From the NCBI GenBank assembly GCA_028534125.1, contig CM052817.1, positions 80,664,001 through 80,728,000 of the forward strand: a stretch of DNA of 64,000 nt, written 5' to 3'. Position 1 is the stretch's first letter, and each line of letters opens with the position of its first letter. This stretch comes from Lama glama (Eukaryota). Of this stretch, positions 54,050-64,000 are shown in pieces. Under the pieces are notes generated by a model, which did no database searches, was not told the DNA's origin, and saw only the letters and a program-made list of their open reading frames with translations. A program made the position numbers and the translations under genes.

Positions 54050-57000
54050 GCTGACTCCCACTCCTCTCTCCATCCCAAGTTCCACAGGTCGATACTTTAA
54101 AGTCCAGAATGAGCATGCTTTCAATAAATCTATTCTTCCCAAATTGTTTCTGAGAACACCTTTTAATGCCCCGAGACACATTGTGGGCTGAGGCTGGTAT
54201 TAGAACAAGAGGAACGCCAAATGAGTTTGCAGCTTGCTCTGGATCCCACTGAAGTTTCACAGGAACAATAGCATCATCTTTGCATGACCCCGTTCTCTTC
54301 CTAACGATGCCTTGAAGTTGCAAAACAATTCACTTTCCTTCCGGCACCTGGAACCCTGCTGCGCCATTGCCTGACTCTCTCCAAATTAAGAAACAAGAAA
54401 CGGTTGGGACCTGGGACCTGAACTCCTGCTGCCTGACCTCTGGAGGATTTTCTCTTTTGGAGGTTTAATAAGTGTCATCAGCCCAGTAGGGGAGACTCTT
54501 GGCAAACCCGAGACGTTCTCCTTCCGGGAGCTCACTGATCCTGTCTCTGTGAAAGGGCCAAATTTGTCAGTGGGAAAAGAATTTTAAGAAGTATTGTGAA
54601 GTAAACTGTTTTGCCATGCTCTGAATACTGACCCTTCGTAATAAAAGCCTCTTACCTTTTCAAACATGGCATTGAATCATCTCTTTAAATAATTAGCCAG
54701 GAGAGGGACAAGATGCAGGAGTTCACGTAGCTCTTTGCAAAGGAAAACTTCAGTAGACGTAGGTACACTGGGAACAAGTGAATCAAATCGTGGTGGTTCA
54801 GCTTTTCATACTTAAACACTGGGATTGTTCTTTCAAAATTTTCTATGCATCTGCCCACCTAGGGGAGATTTATTCTTAGACATTTTTCAAGTTAAATATT
54901 CATTACCATTAGAGAGTACCCCTGTTCTTCAATTAATTTTTTTCTCTTGGTCTCTTCCCTCATCTACTTTAAGAATGATCCAAAAGTTCCACTCAGTGAG
55001 TGTGGGAAGGCACAGCGCCGGAGGAGGGAGAGAATGACAACAACTCATGGAAGGCCGTCAGAAACGTCTGCCAAGAGATGTCTAGAAGAGGTTGATAATG
55101 CTCCAGCGTTAAAAATGCCTTTACCTTGAAGACATCCAGCTACTGTGTGGAGTTTAAATGATCTATCTAAAAGCAGCAATTCTGATTTTAGTTCTCTTTT
55201 TAAGACATGCATTACTTATCATTTATTTTCATTTCTCATTTTCTGTAAGAGAAAATTAGCTCATGACAACAAAAATCTTAGCATTAATTGTGGGAATAAA
55301 AATTTATAAAAACAATAGCACAAAGCATTGTAAGATATGTGCAATCATACTACGCAAGATTCTTGCAGTGTCTGTGAAGTGGTCCACGGTAGTTCTAACT
55401 AGAGTGAGAAGCAGTACACATAGAAATATTTGGCTGGACCAAGTTCGTTCTCAGATGTCGATCAGTTTTCTGAGTTTTAAAAAGCATTACTTGTTGTACC
55501 TTGTCCTTTACAGCCATGGTTATATCGGTTTCCAAATTCAGAACTGTGACAACATTCCAGCAGAGTATCAAAGTCGTTTTTACGCTCTTTGACAAAGAAG
55601 AAAAGAAAATGTATTGGGTGAAGTATGAGAGAATTCTCCCCCTCCTAAACTTCCTCCCACCAGAAAGGAGCAAAGTTACAAACAAAGGAACCAGAAAGTA
55701 AATGTGTGTCTGGGAATCTGAGGGATTAATGTCCTTATGTTATACCTGTTTCGGTGAATGCTTGCAGGGGAAGTGTCTGCCTGTTCCTCAAATGTCACAG
55801 CTTTCCTTGTGTCCCTCTCGGTGGATCCAGTTTCTCGGCAGTACCAAGTAGCCCTTATTGTTTCCAGTATTTTCAATGGACAAGAATCATCTGGTACATA
55901 ATCCTTGGCAGGGCTGGAGGCCGCGTGCAGCTGGCCACAGCTGTGCTAGAGCAGCCTGAGAACTGAACTGTTCGCAGAAGGTGGCTTCAGAAGGCATTTG
56001 CCAGTGGAAGAGACGGCGGGCTCTGGGCCAGGCTCAGCTGGTGGGGGGGGTTAACCTTCTGGAGGGAGGACACTGGTCTTTGGTGGCCACAGAGATGGAG
56101 CCACACAGACGGTAGTGTGTTCACTACCCTTACGGCCTGTTTCACGCTGACTCTCAGCCTCTCCTGGGTCAAGTAGCTGTGCCTCGTACTGTGAAAGGCC
56201 ATGCCCTATTCATTCCCGCCTTTTAAGGCTTTTCACCACAGATTCCTCTTTGGAGACGTCCTAGCAGTGACGGCACATTTTTCTTTAATATTTGAGTGTG
56301 TGTTTGTATGGACTCTTGAAATAACTTGTGTGTGATTGATTCTGAAAAGCATGTCATGTCCTGTTTGGGGAGTGCTAGTCCTTAAGGCACGCAAACTCGT
56401 GCCAGATTGTCTCTCTGGGGCAGCAGTGGATCGGGAATAATTCAGATGAACAGGACAAAGAGTATGGGTTGGCAGGAGGGGCTTGGTTTGGTTTTGTTCG
56501 ACAGGTGAGGGAAGGAGTTTGAATTTGTAGAGTAAGAAGGCATGGGATATCAGAGATTAGAATGAGAAAAGGCCAAGCCCAGAGAAGAAGCATCAACAGC
56601 AAGAATTTTTCATCCATCCCTGAGACAGCAAAATAGGTGGGGTCCTATTTAATCATTGGCACTGGAAGAGGTGGTAACGTAGCCCAGAGGAGACACTGAG
56701 ACAAGCTTTTGGCCAAACAGAGGATGTTTTCACTTTTTCCTTCCGTGTACTTCCGACTACGTGTGGGTGCTTGTTGCCAAAGGGACCCTCGTGGGCTGTC
56801 CGCTCCTGATTTAGCGATGCCAGAGGTAGTCAGCCTTCTGTGAAGCACTTCCGCACATCTGTCTGAAGTTGGTCGTGGCTTTATGACTATCACTTATTTT
56901 GAAAATTCACTGCAAAGTGAAGTTACTTTGGAAGTTTGCTTAAAATTCTCCTCCAGTATAAGCAGAGGATAATTTTAACTGATTTTCAGAATTCAAGGAA

Positions 57001-59286
57001 GTAGTTAAACTGTTACCCTTCCCTGCTTCTCTGCGGATTGAAGAAGAAAGCTTAACAGTTACAATGAAGGACCAAAATGTTGGAAGACTTTCCATTCAGT
57101 TTAATGTCTTCTGTGGTGGTGTAACACAGCATCTGCCTGAGACAGCTAAATCAATCATGCAGAATTGGCGTGTAAAATAAAATAGTAACAGGATATTGCA
57201 GTTGAGAAAAAAACCATGAAGATAAAAGCTGCCGAAGGTTGAAATTTCTTGATGGCATTAGAGAAGATAGTGCAGCTCTGGCTAAATCTCTGAAACCAAA
57301 CTGGTAGACCCGGGCTACGCTGTCTGTGTGTGTTGAGGGGAGCCGAGGGCCAGCCCTCTCGCCTTCTCTTTCTGTCTCGCTGGTGTCTTTATCCATTATT
57401 TTCAGGGCTGTTGGCAAATGAATACAATGAGTCTGAGAGGAAGATGCTCTGCGGTTCTGGGGGCCCAAAGAAAGGGTTAGCAATCCAAGCCCAACTTTTG
57501 GCATCTTTCCTGACTGGGTCAAAGCCTGCAGGGGTAAGAGGCGAGCCTACCTCTCCCCACTCTAGGGCTGCCAGGAGGGTCGAGGGCCCCAAGTAGCTCA
57601 GGCCAAGAATGTCCTCTCAGCGTCCCTCACGTCCATGCATCGAGCTGAATGATGTGGGCTGCCCACGCTGCCCACTGGGCAACAGCATTTTTACTGCTTC
57701 ACTATACTTAGCTCTCTGTCTCCATCCAAAGAATAATTCAACCTTCCTTTTGAGTTCCTGCCACAGAAAGTTCTGAGAGATTCATGCATTTTTAAAAATG
57801 AGTGCTCATTGAGTGCTTTTGTGCCACACCGAACTGAACTCTGAGCTGTGGCAGTAGGAAGGATTTAAAAGACGTTGCCCCTGCCCCGTGACTGTCTGTA
57901 CACCTGCAGTGACATCAAGGTACGGATGGCAGTGTGAAAGCAGTTGAAGGGGTCGTGGCAGGAGACCTAGAGTTAGCGAAATGGTAAAGACAACTTTCAT
58001 GAAAACCAAGCACTATACAGGCCAAATTTTCACAGACTCTGGTACTTGTTTTTTTTTTTTTTTTCTATGCCCCTTCCCTGACGTTACTGTAAGCTGTGGG
58101 GATGGAGGCATGGCTGATATATGCACTTACTCCTTTCCCACAGTTGCTTTCTCTTAATTTTATGCAGACACCAAGACGAGTGGGAAAAGGCCAATGAGAA
58201 GATTCTCAGGGGGAAAAGCCCCACACATACTATTTGCATTTCCAATGAGAAAACCCAAAGGGAAAAAAGGTACTCAATACACAGGATGCTGGCAAAATAC
58301 TTCACTAGGATGTGGCTTTGGCCAGGTGACTGTTTCTGCTGGGATAGGATTGTTTTATGTTTATAACCATCTCTTGATCTCCCTTGTACACTGTCCCTTT
58401 TCTGTTCATTGCAAACTTATGTAGAAACACACAGCACATGCTATTCTGTGTTCCTTCTAGGCGAGCTTGGAGCGTTTTCGGGAGAACACATGCAATTCTT
58501 CCACAAGACTTAGCTGTTGAGATAGAAATTCTTTCTCTTTGCCCCCAGACGTGAGTCTGAAGTTGGCATATCACTAGCTTTCAGGGCCCACAGAGTCCCT
58601 AGAGATGGAAGAAATGCACTCCCACAGTCACATGGATCAAACCCGAGTATTGGTTTCATTCGTTACCAGGGGACCCCTTGACAGTTTGTCGTCCCAAGGG
58701 ATGTGGCCGGCTTACGTGCAGGGCCTGTGCTTCGTCTCCACCTGTCACTCTCACTTTTCTACCTCCCAGAGTAGAACGTGAAGACGACACGGCGATCGGG
58801 TAGCTGCCGTGGAGCACAGGGTTCTGTGTATCTCTGCAATAGAAAGGCCCAGTGAAGTAGTAGGCCTGGCGGACTTTTGTCATTTGGAGTGATTATGTTG
58901 AATGGCCCTTAGCTTTGGTTTTGGCTTTGTACCAGCATGCATAGCCAAGGGGTCAATACGGTGACTCTGAGGAGTCCAGATACCATTCTGTCATAATGAC
59001 TATAACATGCTGTCAATGTGGAAACCAGAAAGTTCATTTTCGAAGTCTGAAGGCAGCTGAGAACAGATGAGGGTAACAGAGCCAAGCTTACTTCCAGCCT
59101 TGGCTGTTCATGCTAGGACATTCTTCTCTCATTACTCCATCGGGACCGGATAGGAAGAAAGGTGCTTGGCAGGTATCCCCAGGAGTCCTGCTAGTGAAAA
59201 GAGCAGGAGCTCAGCTTGCACACTTAGTGCAAGCACGTATCACCCGTGAAAAGACTTGCTGACCACGTTCAGCGCTGGAGATTAGA

Positions 59287-59430
59287 GCAGCTTCTCAGAC
59301 TTTACTGTGTCTGCAAATCCTCAGAGATTTAGTGGATCTAAGGTGGAGCCCAGATAGTCTGCAGATTTAGCAAGTTCCCTGGAGATGCTGATGCTGTTGG
59401 TCTGGGGACCACACTTGGGTACCAAGGCAC
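59287..59430. mobile_element. MER5-type hAT-Charlie element
   Basis: 'cagcttctcagacttt...ggtggagcccaga...tctgcagatttagcaagttccctggagatgctgatgctgttggtctggggaccacactt'. Confidence 0.85.
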
Positions 59431-59832
59431 TAGGTTGTGATGGTGAAGTGGCCTAGGTGTCAGATCTAATAACAACACCAGCGGGTTAATTTATCTCTGA
59501 TTCCTGGAATCGACTGTGTTCTGAATCTTAGTTGACCTCCTTTTAAATATTTGCTGTTGGTCAGGAAGAGGATTTGGTGTTGACAGAAGAATGACAGGTC
59601 TAGGGTAGAGGGTGTTTGGGATGGTCCCAGGTACCGGGGTAGCCCTCGTGTGCTCATTCTCCCATAATCCCTTAAGCGCTACCAGTTAGAGAGTCTTTTG
59701 TATGAACTAATAGTGCCTTTAAAATGTTGAATCATAATTTAAGTTATTTTTGCTAGCTGGTTTACTTCTAACTGGAAACTGCTGATGGGAGGGAGGGATC
59801 GTTCAGGAAAACCTGGGATAAGAATAAGAACT

Positions 59833-60757
59833 TAAAGGCTTGTTTAGGAAGAACACTTCTGTGTGTTTCCTTTACTCTCACATGGCTACCACACTTCACT
59901 TCTGACATTTCTGGTCACCAAATATGTGCCCCCCCCACCCGTGCCAAGCAATTCTCTGACACCAGCTGAGTGTTCTACAATTTAACTCAATTCGGACACT
60001 GTCTACCTGCAGGTACTGTCAGATCCCACGGGTTAAGGGCTCAGTCCCAAAAGACTGGCCTCCCCCAACTTCAGATGCCAACTGCAGGTCCCCAGTAGTC
60101 ACTTGTACTGCTGACTGACAAGCTATGTACATCAGCTTCCCATGACCCCCTACTTGGGTTTGATAGTTTGCTACAATGGCTTACAGAACTCAGGGAAACA
60201 TTTACATTTACTGTTTTGTAATAGAAGGATATGATAAAGGATACAGATGGGTATTCAGATGGAAGAGATGTGTAGTGCAAGTTGTGGGGGAGGGGGCGTG
60301 GAGCTTCCATGAGCTCGTCGGCACCATCTCCCAGTCCTCCATGTGTTCAGCAACCTGGAAGCTCTCTGAACCCCATTCTTTGGGGATTTTTATGGAGGCT
60401 TCATCACACAGGCATGATCGATCCTTAATTCAGCCTCCAGTCCGTTATCCTCTTCTGGAGGATGGGAAGTGGGTCTGCAGCTTCCAAGCTTTTAATAATC
60501 GTGGCTTGTTCTTTCTGGTGACCAGCCATATCTGGAAGCTTTCTAAGATCACCTCATTGGTACAGAAGAGACTCATGTCACCTAAGAAATTCCAAGGCAT
60601 TTAAGAGTTCTTTACCAGGAACTAAGGCAAGAAACGAATATATATAGACCAATATATATAGAAATGTGTGTGTGTGTATATAAATATATATGTGTGTATG
60701 TGTCTGTGTGTGTGTCTGTGTCTGTGTGTGTATACACATTTTTCCTATTATTTCACA
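59833..60757 (-). mobile_element. Full-length solo MER21-type LTR with probable 5-bp TSD
   Basis: Continuous MER21-like sequence whose reverse complement begins TGTGAAATAATAGG; GAACT at 59828-59832 and 60758-60762; internal TA/TG simple repeat at ~60640-60735. Confidence 0.88.
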
Positions 60758-61849
60758 GAACTGGGGCAAATGAGGAAGGGTAGTTTGGGAGTATGTGGCA
60801 TTTCAGGGAACAGTTGATCTGTGAGGGGCGGTGGACAGTCTAGGAGAGAATGGGAATGTGTGCTGGTTGGCCAAATGAGGACTGGGGCATCCAGGAGGCC
60901 CAGTTTGGGTGGTTAGTTCTGGTACAAATGGATGACCTCACTGATGACCAGCTCAACCATTGATCATGAGCCAATTGTATCATCTTCCTTTATGGGAAAC
61001 AGCCTAATTTAAAGACAAAACAAAAACTCTCTGAAGGAAATATTTTCCACCTTTCTTTCTGGGTGTATTCCTCCTGATTTGGCTACCAAGAAAAGATTTG
61101 TTACAGTGTTTCTACTTGCTAGGAAGGTGGGGATTCTAGAAATCTCACAGTGGCCAAATCAGTTTTCTTTCCAGATCTGGGACACAGCATTCTCTTTTGA
61201 AGGACAAAGAGAGGTCAATTCTCAGATTTACACTTTTATACTGGTTTTATTTCAATGGTACCAGTGTGACTTGAATGCTTGAAAAGAGCTCAGTTTCCTA
61301 GAAACTGGGAAGAAAAACATTTAATAATATTTTGACCATTGTATGGCTGGAATTTTTAGCCTCAGTGGATCTGGTGTACTTAGTGGGCATGGAATTATTC
61401 CAATTGCACCATAATCTTCCACATCAAACAGGTTGACTTTTTTTTTTAAACAGCAAATTATGAGAATAAGAAGCTTGGAAGGGACAGTGGGGAAATGATC
61501 GGTGCTGTGTGCTTCTTTATTGTAACTTATTATGTTTAATCATTATGGTTCCATTAGTGCATACCTCCCTTAGGATCAAAGACGAGGGAATCTAATGGAA
61601 TGAGAATTAGGAAACAGGACCTTGATTACTATTTGAATTTCTACCATTTAATTACATCAGCTATATCACAAACATTATCGGCTGCTTGGTGAACATGGTC
61701 CACGATCCTCAGTAGCTGTGTTTCAATGATAATGATTTGAGAGTAGTCACCACTTGTTGAAGATGAAGTATATACACTATGTTAGGTGTATTACAACCTC
61801 AGCTCATTTATGACTTTCCTAATAATCTTTTTTTTTCTGAAAAATGATT

Positions 61850-61965
61850 ATAATCATGGCCATTCATTATAGCCTACATGTATGTAGCACTTTATGAGAC
61901 CTTCTCTCTTATATTGTTGTTAATCTATTCAATTTTTTATGAGGTAATTCTAATTCCCTGACACA
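61850..61965 (-). mobile_element. MIR fragment
   Basis: 'atggccattcattatagcctac...gcactttat...ttaatctattcaattttttatgaggta'. Confidence 0.5.
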
Positions 61966-63787
61966 AAATTTGCTAAGACTTTGTAGAGTATCTTGACTGT
62001 GAATCAAAACTTCTTTGCTTCTGGGGTGGAGAGAACAGTGGAGATAACATGATCTTTCTTTCTCTCGAATTCCAGTTGTGAAGAGTCAGACAGAGGGGTC
62101 TGGGTGGAGCCGTGGGGCTCAAGATTTTCATCTGCAGCCCTGTTTGTACAAATCAGGTGTTGGGCTTTCCTTCCACATTTCCCCCATTTCTCCACGGCCT
62201 ATGGACTTCAGTTCCCCCCTTTATATTGTACTTTTTTCTTTTATTTTGTCTTTCGAAATTCGTTCAAGTCATGTTGGTTTAGATCTTCTGGTGGTTGGCT
62301 TATTCTTGACACTGACTTTGGCCAGCTTCTAAAAACTCTCCTAAGAGTAACGGCAAATGCAGTTACTATATGGACGATAAATGACAGAATGTGTCACTTA
62401 AGGAGGCCTGGTAGATATCTGTTACTGAGAATTTAACACAATTACCTGTAATCATATTGGCAAAGCAGTTTCTTAGGGCCATCTGCTTATTTGTTAAAAT
62501 GATTTTTAAAAATATATTGAGCCAGATGGTTTTAATTAGTATTTCACCTGCGTTGCCGTGTGTTTTTAAACTCTAAGGTGTATTTTATATTACCTGTGCT
62601 CCCCATGCTGTTATCATCCTAGGGCGGGATCCCCCAGAGGAAAGGTATCTTTTTTTTTTAACTGAATCACTCTGCTCATTTTTGTTTGTTAAGAGAAAAT
62701 ATCACTGTTTCTTATTAAAATATTAAATGAATGGTCACTTTACACCTGACTCTATAGAAGATGTTTAGGTAGCGGCATGAATCAAAGAAATGTTCCTGTG
62801 TTTGCAGGGATTAATGTCATTAATGATATTTTCTTTTTTTTTAAATTTAATTTTCCCCAAAACAGAGTAAGATGGACACTGTCATGGTGAATGAAAAGGA
62901 AAGTAGCAACAGGTGTACTCCCCATGCGGGGCAGTCCGAGAGGCGCAGGCAGGAAGGCGTCCGGGATGCAGCCAGCCCTGACTTCTTCTTTAACCCGCCG
63001 GCTTGAATGGGGCGTAGGTTGAGTGTGTCACCATTCCCGGTCCGTGGCTTCTTTAATGCCAGCCAGTTATTAGAACAGACAAGGCAATTCGGATAGGCCG
63101 TTATGTGATGTATTTATTGCCATGCTGACCAGATCAAGGACCACAGGAAAAGCAACAGTTCTGAGGTTTCCCAGAAGTTCTCAAACGTGCATCACTTTTG
63201 ACAACCGAATTTCAATATTTATGCATAACCATAAACACTCCTTCTTTGTTCCTACTCAAGATTTCACCCAAGTTCCTAAGCAGTACCTACGCTGGGACAT
63301 TTTGCCTACCCAGAAACATCAGTGGGATTACATGGTGGGGTGATTATAAAATCGGAGCCCCGGGAGTCCCTTTCCCTTACGCCTCTCTGATGACACTCGG
63401 TGTTGCGTTCAGCTGTGTGCTTCTCACTGTCCTTGTACCTTTTCTAATTTTGGATAGAGGCCCACTTTTCTTAGAACATGTTTTTGGGTTTTTTTACTTT
63501 TATTTTCTTGTTTTTAAAGTACTGTGATACCTACTTTTTATTATATTTTATTCTCTGTCAATGTCAGTTAAACATCAAGCTGAAAAATTAATGTGTGCTT
63601 TATATAATTAGCTTGAGTGTCTTTTTAATGTGTATTTAATAGAAAAGATGGGTGAACTAAGAATTGGCCCAGAGAATAACAATAGGACATAGAGAATTTT
63701 TAAGGTGAGAAGGGTATTATAGAAAAACAAAGTTGAAGGAAGAATACCAGAATGAAGGTGGAGAGAAGAACTGTAATCAGCCAACAG

Positions 63788-63789
<2 letters not shown>

Positions 63790-63819
<30 letters not shown>
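63790..63819. repeat. (GT)n microsatellite
   Basis: Direct reading. Confidence 0.97.
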
Positions 63820-63820
<1 letters not shown>

Positions 63821-64000
63821 TGTGTATTTGGCAGTGGTTGAGGGCCACTGGGCATAAAGGTAGAACATCTCTTGGACCCAGGGTTAACTTCCTTAGGGGA
63901 ATTTCCTTTTATTGTCTTCTTCAGATGAATAACCTTATCCTAATGCCTCTTCTGTAGCAAAATAATAGAAAGTATTTGAATAAAAAAATTGAAAAAGACC

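Noticed and set aside
56375..56617. 80-aa minus-strand ORF with a signal-peptide-like hydrophobic start
   Set aside because: No recognisable homology; the hydrophobicity follows from T-rich sequence.
57151..57596. Overlapping ORFs of 67-123 aa
   Set aside because: No recognisable domain and no consistent splice signals; within chance expectation.
1..64000. A novel multi-gene system, CRISPR-like array or known ncRNA gene
   Set aside because: No regularly spaced repeat array, intact long ORF or recognisable miRNA/snoRNA/snRNA was seen; short exons or ncRNAs could still have been missed without alignment tools.

Overview
Mammalian, almost certainly camelid, non-coding DNA. A tRNA-Ala-derived vic-1-type SINE and cetartiodactyl-type L1 3' ends are present; I saw no Alu, Bov-tA or PRE-1 SINEs. 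I found no recognisable protein-coding exon, RNA gene, canonical CpG island or CRISPR-like system. The protein-like ORFs in the track are L1 ORF2 relics, and by-eye translation also shows an ERVL gag relic near the start. The window is a mosaic of interspersed repeats (ERVL/MaLR LTRs, young and old L1, L2, MIR, hAT DNA transposons, microsatellites) with a 500-N scaffold gap at 2669-3168. The best-supported unusual feature is a ~2.6 kb inversion (~51155-53745) that reciprocally splits a MER21-type LTR and an MLT1-type LTR; the rejoined MLT1 recovers a near-perfect 5-bp target-site duplication. Other points are permuted, tail-less L1 pieces inside an MLT1 LTR, a near-consensus CTCF site, a CpG-rich insert in an old L1 3' end, and a minus-strand bias of L1/LTR elements suggesting an intron of a + strand gene. 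Repeat family names come from recalled consensus sequences, not from a database search, and boundaries are approximate.
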